Positions 13,130-24,382 of a stretch of 64,000 nucleotides of DNA are shown in pieces; within the stretch, counting starts at the first letter, position 1, and every line of letters begins with the position of its first letter. The stretch lies in the NCBI RefSeq assembly GCF_964355755.1, contig NC_092676.1, positions 14,402,871 to 14,466,870 of the forward strand, written 5' to 3'. A program made the translations under genes and the position numbers. The DNA is from Antedon mediterranea (lineage: Eukaryota; Animalia; Echinodermata). The notes beneath the pieces were generated by a model. The model had not been told where the DNA came from. It saw only the letters and a list, made by a program, of their open reading frames with translations, and did not search any database.

Positions 13130-13480
13130 ATAATTTTATTTTAGTTTATTGCCGGTCCGCCAGATAGTCTGATGACTTTCCGTCTCAGCTGCTTTGCTTA
13201 TCTCGGATTGCTTTTCTCCAGTCTTGTCTGTTTTCTGCTTTTCTCCGAATCGTTTCTATATCTTTTATACTATTGATCCTAGGAGGTATAGTGCAGTTAA
13301 TTGTTTTATGAAGGGTGATCAGATCGTTCGATAGAGTTACCGGTAGTGTGGATCGTGGTCTTACTCTATACTTTCTTACAGTTTTCAAAATAATAGTTTA
13401 TTGCTTTATTGGCTGAGACTTCCTTTTTTTGCAATTTGAGGATGTGTCCGAATAGCCGCCATCTCGATTCCAAAATGTCC
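13130..13480 (-). mobile_element. 3' end of an RTE-group LINE
   Basis: Minus strand RWRLFGHIL and RRKAENRQDWRKAI, then a short 3' UTR and A-rich tail. Confidence 0.7.
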
Positions 13481-13762
13481 AAAATTAAACGGTTCACAAA
13501 TATCAAAATTTGAAAAACAATTATTATTACGATGATGAATGACTTATAATATAATAGAAAATAATAACAAAAACAATATAAAACCCGGTGAATTTCTGTA
13601 AATCATATCTGTATATCGATATTTTTGTATACACTATATTTTATATAGTTGAACCAAAACTTCAAAATAATCATGTAGCAATATAATGCTACCATTACTT
13701 AGTAGTACCATGGAGAATTATTTATCCATGGTAGTACGCATACATTGAACAATTTACATAAG

Positions 13763-13997
13763 TTTGTGCGTGTGGCGCAGGGTGTTGGACGTTCGAATCC
13801 AACTCTCGCCGCGTTGCTTGTATCCTTATGAAAGATACTTTATTTACGTTTGCCTCTCTCCACCCAGGTGTATAAATGGGTACCCGGTTAGATCAAGACA
13901 CAACTTTGCGCTGATTACTGGGGTAATAAAAATGCTCAGCGCTTAAAGAAGTTTGCTTGTAGAGCGCTATATAAGAATGAACTATTATTATTATTAT
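13763..13997 (+). mobile_element. tRNA-derived CORE-like SINE with L2-type tail
   Basis: TGGCGCAG A box, GTTCGAATCC B box, TTGCCTCTCTCCACCCAGGTGTATAAATGGGTACC core, AGCGCTT...AGCGCTATATAAG and (ATT)n tail. Confidence 0.8.
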
Positions 13998-15290
13998 ATC
14001 AATATTTATAAAGCGTCAATTCAAAGACCGAGGTACAAAATCAAAGGCGCTGGGCATGTTAGTGGTCGAAAAAATGAGTTTTGAGCAATTTTTAAATAAG
14101 GCAACAGAAGAGCAGTGTTTAATTTGTGGGAGGAGTGAATTCCAGAGTGTGGGTGCTGCAAAAGAAAACGATCTATGACCAAAGGTTTAGTGGCTATGCG
14201 TGGAACAGAGAGTAAAAAATCATCAGATGATCTAAGAGTCCGTCCAGGAACATAAAAGGTGATTAATTGACGGATGTAAGCAGGTTGGTTGTAAAGAAGT
14301 GCTTTAAAAGTAAGGAGCAAGATTTTAAATTTAATTCGATTGTCAATGGGGAGCCAGTGAAGTTCTCGAAGAACAGGTGAAATGTGAGAGCGACGGTTAG
14401 TGAACGTAATTATACGAGCAGCCGAGTTCTGTAGTCGTTGAAGACGATTAATTTGAAAATTCGGAAGGGCATAGAACAGAGAATTGCAATAATCAAGACG
14501 AGAGGAGATAAAACCATGATTGATAGAGGATGTGTGGAGCGTATCGAAAGAAAACGTCGAATGTGTGCAATATTGCAAAGATAAAAGTTTACTGATTTAG
14601 TAATATAACTGATGTGTGCTTGCATGTTTAGAGATTCTTAAAGTTTTATACCAAGATTAGTAACTAATTGAGACGGATGTATGAGTGATGAGCCAATAGT
14701 AATAAAATGGGGTGCTATTTTGGTACGAATATATTAGTACAGAAAATGATGTATTCAGATTTATTATCATTTAAATTGAGGAGATTGGTTGAAAGCCAGG
14801 TATGGATATCTTTAAGGCAATTCTCAAGGCGTTCAATAACAATAAGTAGATTATGTGGATCAAAAGGAATATACAACTGAATATCATCAGCGTAGAAATG
14901 ACGTTTGATAATTTGGGATAAAGGAGATATGTATAAAGAGAAAAGAATCGGGCCAAGGGTGGATCCTTGAGAGACTCCGCATTCCATATATTTAGGCGAC
15001 GATCTAATACCATTTATTTCATTGAATTGTGTACGGTTTTGAAGATATGAAATAAACCAGTTAAAAAAAAAGCCAGAAATGCCAAAATAAGAATGAAGAC
15101 GATCAAGAAGTATTTGGTGGTCAACTGTATCAAAGGCAGCAGATAGGTCAAGCATTACAAGTGCAACTGCTTGCTTACTGTCCATATGTTATGTCATTTA
15201 GTATCCTGAGAAGAGCTGTTTCAGTACAGTGACCCTCTTTATATGCTGATTGGAATGGGTCTAACAAATTAAAATTAATAAGGTATGACA
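13998..15290 (-). mobile_element. 5'-truncated L2-clade LINE (RT C-terminus and 3' end), frameshifted
   Basis: [55 protein letters not shown]; 3' end AGCGCCTTTGA...GACGCTTTATAAAT. Confidence 0.92.
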
Positions 15291-15329
15291 TTGGTGTTAA
15301 ACCACTGGTGCCGTGTGATGTTAAAGGTT

Positions 15330-16010
15330 GGACAGAATACGGTTAAAGATTACAAGAAGACTATTGCTCAGGGCTCATTTGGAGAAGTGTTCAAGGGAAT
15401 GTACCAATATGGGCGCTAGTTCCGCCCCAATATGAGCATGTTGCCGTAAAGAAAGTGAAGTTGAGAAAGCGTCCGGAGAAGCAGCTTATCGGGGAGGTTC
15501 AAATACACCAACAAACACACAGAAGAATATTGTAAAGTTCATCGGAATTTTACCGGAGCATCCTTTAATGTCTATCATTACTGGCATCATGGGCAAAACA
15601 TGGAGGAAAAGATCTTATAGGCCTACGGAGGATCAAAACTATAGACTGGGACAGGAAAGTAGCAGTTGCAATGTGGTTTTGTAGAAGGAGTGTCGTATTT
15701 ACACAAGTATATAGTCCTCAGATAATCCACCAGGATTCTTTAGATGAAAAGTTTGTGCCAAAACTGTGTGTGTACCTTGGTTGGTTGTGCTAGGATGTGT
15801 CAAGTCATGTGGTGCTGCGTCAACTAGTGGGCTTTGTACCCCAGAATACATGTGCCCAGAGAAATGTTACTAAACAGTGAGAAAGAATAGAAAACAAGCT
15901 TTTTGAGGTATCTTCCACATAATTGACCACCAGCTGGACACCGTGTGAAACATCTCCAGTGTCCCCTTTGCTCCAAAAGTATGGCTCTGGACAGAATTAA
16001 TACACAGTGT
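15330..16010 (+). pseudogene. intronless degenerate protein kinase (TKL/Pelle-like) with downstream CxxC zinc-finger remnant
   Basis: In order, across frameshifts: IAQGSFGEVFKG, HVAVKKVK, EVQIH, KNIVKFIG, IDWDRKVAVA, EGVSYLH, PQIIHQD, LDEKFVPKLC, TPEYMCPE; then LQCPLCSKSMALDRINTQC at ~15954-16010. Confidence 0.8.
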
Positions 16011-16579
16011 TTTTCTTTTATGTTTGTGTTGCTTTGAAAGTTAGGTTAACCAAAAAATGTATATTGATCATTAAAGCAGGGAAGAGTGAAAATACAATTT
16101 CCCAGTGACTTTAAAATATGTATATAATATAAAATTTGTAAAATATAACGAAAATTACAAGAAGAGTGTAATTAGCTACAGTATACGGTTTAAAAGTAGG
16201 CACTAAATATATACCATCGTTTGTTGGGGCAAAGATTAGGACTTTGTAAATAATATTAAGAAGCACAGAGTAGCCTATGTGGAAATTTAGGATTTTTAAA
16301 ATAAAAAGAAATCATCATAAAACTTATTTTTTGATTTACTGAATGTTGACACTTACACAGTCATACTGATATCTTCACAACTTTAGAAATCAAAACGAAT
16401 AGTGATAACATCTTATTAATTAAAAGCTCTGTAAGGTCTCCTTTAAGTTGAAATCTCAATAACTCACTTCTTTCATCATCTGTGTCTGATCTTGCACATT
16501 CGCTGTCAGCTTACAGCTTACAGTGCTAAAAAGCCAGGTTTGTCATTTGACGTATACAAGATAACGCGATGATGGGTGT

Positions 16580-16692
16580 GTACGTACGAGCCAGCCCGTG
16601 ATGGGTACCAAACTTTTTGGTACGAGTAAGCCAAAATTTGCGTACGAGTTGGTGGGTACGAGTTGGAAATTGGTACGAGTTGACCTGTATCC
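16580..16692. mobile_element. DNA-transposon terminus with GTACGAGTT subterminal repeats (second end at ~18870-18910)
   Basis: Repeated (G)GTACGAG(T) motifs ending in TTGACCTGTATCC; the same terminal 13-mer ends at 18910. Confidence 0.6.
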
Positions 16693-16766
16693 TAGTTCCT
16701 CGCGGCTCCTCGTCGGACTTCTATTATTTTGTGAATTTAAATTTGGTCCATGACAATGATAACATT

Positions 16767-16913
16767 ATGTCACCTGTATTCAGTAAACTATGGGTTAAAC
16801 ATTCATGTTATGAATTGGGTCATACATGGACACCGTATTGTTCCCAGGCAGCATTAGATGTTGGAAGTATTGCTTTTAAACAGTCATTGCAGATTTACCT
16901 AGTTTTCTATACG
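16767..16913 (+). CDS. TMEM135: TMEM135 coding exon 1
   Basis: MSPVFSKLWVKHSCYELGHTWTPYCSQAALDVGSIAFKQSLQIYLVFYT matches the recalled TMEM135 N-terminus ([20 protein letters not shown]...SLKIY); gtacgt donor at 16914. Confidence 0.92.
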
Positions 16914-16945
16914 GTACGTGATAACGCCGGCTAGCCCCTACTTTA

Positions 16946-17416
16946 GCTGGATTTTGCTGGGACGATTCGGTGGGACGATTCGGCCCACTTTTTTTAAACG
17001 TCTCACTTTAGACCAAATTCATATTCATTTTTTTGGTATTTATCAAGTGTTTAAAGGTGTTTAACAAACCGTATTTTAATGATATTGACAAGATATAATA
17101 TATATAATAAATAACTAAAAAACGTAATTTTATATTCAATTTATTACTGTACTTCGAAAACCTTGTTTATTTCGTGCATTCGCCAAGCGGCCAACAGAGG
17201 GCGTAACTTGTTTACATCGTTCGCGTGACTAAAAAATGATCATTTTTGACAATGTTTTCAAAATGTTTTCCTTTATTGCATCTTTATCCCTAGTAGTACT
17301 ACCCCATAGTCTATCTGAAAATAAAGTTTAAGTGTGCCGAATCGTCTCAGGGCCGAATCGTCCCGGGCCGAATAGTCCCGGGCTGACTCGTCTCAGGGCC
17401 GAATCGTCCCGTTACC
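16946..17416. mobile_element. MITE with GGGACGATTCGGCCC subterminal repeats (MULE-like)
   Basis: Inverted arrays GGGACGATTCGG / CCGAATCGTCCC; CTACTTTA on both flanks (possible 8-bp TSD). Confidence 0.65.
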
Positions 17417-17493
17417 CTACTTTACTCTAGCTAGGAGGTGCTTACCTTAGTGATGCTTAATTACCATAGTAAAATAAGGAGGTAAAGGTTAGG

Positions 17494-18282
17494 GGATATG
17501 ACCGGTTGGGCCGCCGACAAGTTGAGCCGCCGGTGATTTCTATGAAACGCCCAGTGCATGCGTCTTTTACGACATTTCGCGTAGTGATTAGGATGGTGTC
17601 CTAGTACATAAGTTCATGGTCTTGATTTATTGTGTCATGAAAATAAATGATATATAATTACATATTATAATTAACAACACAGCAAAGGAAAGTAGTAATA
17701 TTTAATAACGTAATTGTTTTTAATCTTTCGAGGAAAAAATTCAGTGCACTCATAATTTTTCTCGCCACGTGTAGGCCTACCACGTAAAGTCACGTTGTCC
17801 TCTCTCAGGACTAATTAATAGAGTATTAACATTCTTCGAATGAGGTTAAATAAATATTATTTTTTATTTACTAATCTTTTAATATCATATTTTATTGAAT
17901 TTTACGATGTTAATACACAAAATATTTTACTAAAAAACGTGATTTTATGTAATTATTTTACCGAAAAATGGAGTAAGCCTAGTTCATACAACTGCCAACT
18001 GAGGGGCAACATGTTTACGTCATTTTTGGCTAAAAACGATCACTTTCGGTGATGTTTTATATTTTGGAATCTACAAGCCAGATTTTCATAATTATTTCTT
18101 TAATTATAATATTTAATAATATATATACTAAAAACCATGATATATAAACTTTTGAATGTACATCGATCCCTAATAATATAAATAGAACGAGCACCGGCGA
18201 AAGTTAGCATTTGGCGTTCCATAAAAAATAACGTTTTTCTGGTGGCGGCTCAACTTGTCGGCGGCTCAACTTGGCCTAATCC
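17494..18282. mobile_element. MITE with ~38-bp TIRs
   Basis: GGATATGACCGGTTGGGCCGCCGACAAGTTGAGCCGCC versus GGCGGCTCAACTTGTCGGCGGCTCAACTTGGCCTAATCC. Confidence 0.75.
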
Positions 18283-18497
18283 AAGGCTAGTAGTAGAGGC
18301 CCTAGGTAGGCCTAGTAGGCTAGGCTGGATAACTAGGCTATAGCCGGCCTAGCTAGAGCCATAGTTAAGCCGGGTCCTAAATAAAAGTCTAGGGTCTACT
18401 ACTACTACGCGGTTTACGGTTTTCAGTCGCATCTAGGTCTAGCTAGACCTAGCCTAATTTTATTTTGGTCGCGATAAAATCAACTTCCGGCATTTTG

Positions 18498-18652
18498 TAT
18501 GGGGTGCTAGTCAACCAGTACGGGTCCTCCTGAATACCAAGACCGGTCAATCTAATTACCGAAAACAACGGAAAACAACCATAAATGACCGAAAACAACT
18601 GAAAACAAACCGAAAACAAAATAAAAAAATCTAAATACCGAAAACAAATTTG
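18498..18652 (+). repeat. ~155-bp direct repeat, second copy at ~20174-20328
   Basis: Near-identical TATGGGGTGCT.GTCAACC.GTACGGGTCCTCCTGAATACCAAGACC followed by CCGAAAACAA arrays. Confidence 0.85.
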
Positions 18653-21172
18653 TATAACATTTTTTTGTAAATGTCACCCTCTACTGATGGGTGTTTCTAA
18701 AGCTAATAGACCATGCAGGAGAGAAGACCGCACGTGCAAAGCCAAGGAAGACCCTACGAAATTGTAGTGTGCACAAAACAACTAAAAATCGTACAGACTT
18801 GATGATTACACCGTACATTTACTTATAAATAGAATCTATAAACGTGTTTAGTCTTTCGATTTAAAAAAAATTGGGTACAAGTTGGTATGGTTACGGGTTG
18901 ACCTGTATCCTGTTGTATGGCGGGCCACTAGGGCCTAGGCGGCATATCACTGTTTCGGCCACACACACAAGATTTCTATGGTGCGCCATTTACACGCATA
19001 TACAGTAGACCGTGCTATTGTTTTTGCTATTACCGGTAGTTATTGCTTTGCATGCTTTGGTGTGACTATTACATTACAATTTGCATTGTTGTTTACAAGT
19101 TGTATTTTATCTGCTGAACAAAATAGTTAGAGATTCCATAGTCGATCCAAGGAAATGGCAGCGATATTTCGTTGTGATAGTCATTGGCATGTCTTGGCGA
19201 AAAACGAATTCAACTGTTAGTGACGCAGTTAAATAGCCTCTTTAGTACAGTCAGGGAGATGTCTCCATGGTAGTGGTACAGTATTAATAGTTTGGCTATG
19301 AAAGAAAAAATGCTAAGAGAAAAAAAAAGTTTTTTAAGAGGAATATCAGAAACTCACATATCAAGCAGAATCAAGAAGAAAATTAATAATAAGAAAAAAA
19401 AATAAATTCAATAAAACTTTGTTGTTTTCTTTTTGATTGGTTTTTAATATAATACAGGAGTAATTAAATGTTTTATCATGGAACTCAAGTGTCTTAAGAA
19501 CACATAGAAATGATAATTGATTAATTTACCGCGATATGCAATTGAAAGAGTCATTTAACATATTTTCACATGCACAGAATAAATAAACATCATATCAATA
19601 TAATTCAGATAAAAATATATTTTTCAGGTCGGCGAAATTGCCTTAATTCTCCTCAGCGAAAACGTAACCTGTAGTATGGTGCACCTGTTCATTAATTTGG
19701 CGCAATACCTTCCTCTTGAGTAGTGGTGTTTTACTAATATTTCAAGTTCATTTTATTAGGTAAAATTTACACGCAAAGACAAGCGCACGCATTTCTATTA
19801 ACATTTTAAATTTACCAGTGTTTTCATTTACAATTACATCTTACAACATATTAATTCTTAATATATGTACGTATACTTTCTTCCAATTGTTTCTTTTGAC
19901 AAAATACATTGTATTCTTAAACCACTTTATTCTTCCGTTTCTTATTCCTACAAAATTATATTTATTGTACCTTGACACAAATTAGTACACATCCCTACGT
20001 ACTTCAATTCGTTTTATGTTTATACAAAAATGTACATTTAATTATCACTTTATTAAATATTTGTTTCTTATATATTATATCATTTCTATTGTATCCTGAC
20101 ACATAAAATTAGTATCACTTAGGCATAATTCAATTGATTTCTTTTATTTGTTCCCCTATAATACTACAATATCTATGGGGTGCTGGTCAACCCGTACGGG
20201 TCCTCCTGAATACCAAGACCTACCAAGACCGGTCAATCTAATTACCGAAAACAACCATAAATGACCGAAAACAACTGAAAACAAACCGAAAACAAAATAA
20301 AAAAATCTAAATACCGAAAACAAATTTGAATTGTAGTATTATTGTAGTATTATTGTCTTTGGCCGAAGTTGGCCTAATCCCACTGCCTAGGCCAAGAGAG
20401 CGTTTTTTTGCGGTCAAGCTATTTTGTAATGTCTTTTATAGTTCTACCCATGTTATAATGAATATTAATTGGTTTGAAGGATGTTTGCGCAGGTTTTTTT
20501 GGGATTTGTGGTGTGGCTGGTGTGAAATCTGAAATTTTCTCCAAAAAAAGGCATACTTACTGCAATTTCATTTTCTTTTTCATAAAACTGTCTCCTTTTT
20601 CAGTTCTAGTTGTGATCTAAGTTAGGTAGATTCGTGCAATTTTCAAACTTGTCAGATTGGTTCAAAATTCCAAATTGTAGAGCTTAAAATTAGGGAAAAT
20701 AAGAGGTGTCTCTCATGATTATCCGGTTTAGGGTTTCGGAGTTATCGCAATATTTCCATTTCTAGGGCTGTCTTTATACATAAATTGTGACCATTTTTGT
20801 TTTAATGAACTCTAAAAACTATCAATTTAAGTTTGTACTTTTGAAAATGGTATAGCCATATCGATCAAAATGGTCTGTACTGTACTGACACGGGTATAAA
20901 CCCATACTCGGGTATAAGCCCACCCGTCTGGCGACTTCCATATCAGGCTTAGTGGTCCTGTTTTGTTTACACTTCATTGCGGGTGAAGATTGCTCCACAC
21001 ACTACGCTCGAATCACAAGTCACCAAAACGGAAAACCCCTATTTGGTATCGGTTGCCAGAAACAAGCTTTTTAAATTTCTTTGGTATATTTCTGTCTAAC
21101 GAACATTGTATACTGTACTTGCTTTTCTGCTTGATAAATTCTTGTTCAATTAACGTTTAAAATAAGATATCA

Positions 21173-21690
21173 TACGGTGGCCCACAACTGTCAAGCACAC
21201 TATAACACAGAATCACACAATTAAAGAAGGAATTACACAATTAAAGAAGTCCGAACGTAATGGTAAAAGAACCGAATAGAATTAAAGTTTGCTTCCAGAG
21301 GCAGCGATGGCGTTCCATACGGACTACTGTACTTTAATTGTGCGAGGTACTTTCGAATTTGTTGCGGACTTCTTTAATTGTGCAAGGAGCTTTCGAATTT
21401 GTTGCGAACTTCTTTAATTGTGCGAGGAGCTTTTGATTTTGTTGCAAACTTCTTTAATTGTGCGAGGAGGAGCTTTCGAATTGGTTGCGGACTTCTTTAA
21501 TTGTGCTTAGCTCTTCTTTAATTGCGCGTTTCTTCTTTATTTGTGCATTTCGTTTTATATTTTCATGCTTTCTTTTGTTTATACGCGATTCCTTCTTTAA
21601 TTGTGTGATTTCTTCTTTAATTGTGTGATTCCTTCTTTAATTGTGTGAATATGATTTATATAGTGTGCGTGACAGTTGTGGGCCACCGTA
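21173..21690. mobile_element. IS3EU-type MITE
   Basis: TIR TACGGTGGCCCACAACTGTCA; TAC..GTA termini; 6-bp TSD ATATCA (21167-21172, 21691-21696); internal TTCTTTAATTGTG arrays. Confidence 0.8.
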
Positions 21691-23031
21691 ATATCATGAC
21701 ACAAACTAAAAAGTGTAATTTTCCGACACTCTACACCTTGTGTATAGGCAACGTACACACTTCGCAAAACATAGTGAGGGCGTCTCTGTGGTGGTTTCAG
21801 AGGAGGGATGATGTCCATGATTGAATACACAGTAAATGTGCTGTTTTTGACGATCTTCATTTTTGGATGATTTTTTTGGCTTTTAACCGCGTCAGTATGA
21901 TAACTTAAAAAGAAGGGTTGAGAGAAAATACTACACTTTCAAAGCGTAATCCCCTAAATTGCTGTCTTCGTCTTTTTGAATATATATTATTAGGCCTGTT
22001 ATCCAGAATAATTTTAGACGATTTTTGTGCTACGGAAGCCGCCATCCTTAGGTGGTCTCCTTGGCTTTTGTCGACCAAACTTGGACCATTAACATATTTT
22101 CCTTCATTTCCTGAATCAGAAACACAGTATTTACCCTCCTTCTTGACGGCCAAGCCAACCTCTTCTTCACAAAACTATACCTATTTCTGGGAGATCGTTA
22201 AATTTAAATTCTTCATCAGAAAAGTTGTAATGAAAATCTTCTTCGTCGTCGCATATTGTTGTTCGTCGCCATAGCAGCTAGCGCTAAAGATATGAAATGC
22301 CAAGAGTGTGCGAAGGTTAAAGGTTGTTGTGCATGTGCAGTAAACAATATATTACGCACGCCTCGTTTAGTTGTTGCAATGGTTATTAAATTAAACTGTG
22401 TTTATTTTGTAACATTGTGGGCGGTCTGCGCTCTGTCGATTAGAGTCATTTGAGTTTCTTGTGTAATTTGTTGAACCAAATTGGCAAATGTATTTCGCCT
22501 CCACTATTAACGTCAAACAACAATTAAATAGCGTCGAGTAAAATTACAGAATACGTGATTGTAAATTTAGGGATGTAAATAAATAAATGTTTTGGCTACA
22601 CAATGGGTGATGCACATGTTTAATATGCTCTTAGATAGTGAAAAACCCTATAATTAATGTACTCAACCAAATTATTGTTGTTTATACAAAACAACAATCA
22701 GATGGATCTCCGTGGTGGTGGAGAGCATGGCGATAGTATTTTTGCCGATTTTCGCATGCCCTTTATTTTCATCAGATCATTGTTCAATCGCGAAATTCGC
22801 AAAAATAAAGGGGCCCTGGAAAAATTTGGGCTTTACAGTAAACCCAAAACAAAAACTTACAATTTTTAGAATTATGACACTAGTGTGAATGTGGCCTTTC
22901 ACCGGGTCATAGATTTGTAAATTATATATAAACTAAAACTTTTTTTTTTCAGAAAGTACATAAAACTGTATATCATAGTATTTATAAGGTAAACTAATTC
23001 ATTATTTTAAAACTAATGTTTTTTTTTACAG

Positions 23032-23162
23032 ACTTCATTTATTTTGCGAGGAAAGTGGAAAAAAGTGTTGTTGACCAAGTCTTTTTATGCAGACCTCATT
23101 CGCTCTTCAATATTCCTCTCAACCAATGCATTTCTTTTCATTTTTGATGTCTGTTTTTTTAG
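23032..23162 (+). CDS. TMEM135: TMEM135 coding exon 2
   Basis: Poly-T/acag acceptor; TSFILRGKWKKVLLTKSFYADLIRSSIFLSTNAFLFIFDVCFF(R); gtagag donor; 131 nt, phase 0 to 2. Confidence 0.88.
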
Positions 23163-23714
23163 GTAGAGTAATACTTTTTTATGTAAATATAGCAACCCAC
23201 AAATTAATGCAGACCTTAAATTTGTAAACCTAGAAATTTTAAATCCACATCTGCAAAATTATAAAAAAAAAACCATTAAAAAAAATGTTAAGGTGCAATT
23301 AAAGTTATTACCAATTGCCCATTTTTTTAATGTGTGATTAATCTAAGTTTGCCTTGTGTTTAATCTACAGGTCATTTCAACTTTTATTTCTATACAGACT
23401 GCATACCTAGTTAAATTTTAATAAACCAATTGCAAAATTGCACATTGTACACAGCCTTACATGTTAAATTTCACATTTTTTCACACTGAAACTGACATAC
23501 TCTCAACTATGAGAGAAACTGGGGGAAAAGAAAGAAGGAGTATCATCCGCTCAGAATAAAAAGTCTCAATACAATAAATGCAGTATTTAGGTTTGTAATC
23601 AGAAATGGTGGCTACTTTATGATATCTTTGATTTAAGACCACAGTAAATGATACACATAGATTACAGCATTTCTGCTCAAGTACATTGAGTAAATAATGT
23701 ATTTAATTTTAAAG

Positions 23715-23838
23715 ACGTGTATTTGGTGGATATCACTATTGGTTTGGTATGTTGACTGGGATTCCAGCTTGTGTCATTGCACTTATGATTGAAAGGCCTA
23801 ATAGAAGAGGATTGTTGGCACTGTATACAGCCAATATA
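23715..23838 (+). CDS. TMEM135: TMEM135 coding exon 3
   Basis: RVFGGYHYWFGMLTGIPACVIALMIERPNRRGLLALYTANI (cf. IERKSRRGLLTIYMAN); aaag acceptor, gtaagt donor; phase 2 to 0. Confidence 0.92.
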
Positions 23839-23988
23839 GTAAGTATAATTTCACATTTGTACATATTCCAAAAGATCTTATTTTATTTTATTCACAATTT
23901 ACTATGCAATATATGCTTTTATAAAATATAGTGTAGTATTACACAAATTTTTCTTGATGGAATTTTTACGATTCTTAATTCACTTTAG

Positions 23989-24054
23989 GCTGCTGAAACG
24001 TTCTTCAATATGCTAGTGTCCAGAGGGTATGCAAGACGTATCAAGTATGGTGAG
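23989..24054 (+). CDS. TMEM135: TMEM135 coding exon 4
   Basis: tttag acceptor; AAETFFNMLVSRGYARRIKYGE (cf. ATETLFRMGVARG...NGE); gtgaga donor. Confidence 0.9.
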
Positions 24055-24196
24055 GTGAGATTTTAACTTGTAGTTTGTACAGTGAAACTCTCCATCGTTT
24101 GGCAGTGCATAATTTAATGATTTAGAAATATACAAAATTCTTTTTAAGCAAGTTTTTGTTGGCAAATAAAGCATATAATGTACTGCATACAGACTT

Positions 24197-24382
24197 AATT
24201 CGTTGACAGACATTTGGCCAACCAGACATTTAGTCGACAGAACATTTGGCTGACAACCATTTTGCCGACAGAACATTTGGTTGACAACCATTTTGCCGAC
24301 AGAACATTTGGTTGACAACCATTTTGCCGACAGAACATTTTGCCGACAGGACATTTTGCCGACAGGAAATTTTGCCGAAACC
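24197..24382. repeat. 15/30-bp tandem repeat (CATTTTGCCGACAGAA), probable transposon subterminal array
   Basis: Alternating catttggttgacaac / cattttgccgacaga units ending TTTGCCGAAACC; accounts for the spurious repetitive ORFs here. Confidence 0.8.

Noticed and set aside
13169-13200. hammerhead ribozyme at CTGATGA
   Set aside because: No helix II or GAAA box follows; it is the antisense of an RTE-type LINE 3' UTR.
16617-16766. N-terminal extension of TMEM135 suggested by the ORF track
   Set aside because: Starts at a non-ATG codon inside transposon subterminal repeats; homology begins at the ATG at 16767.
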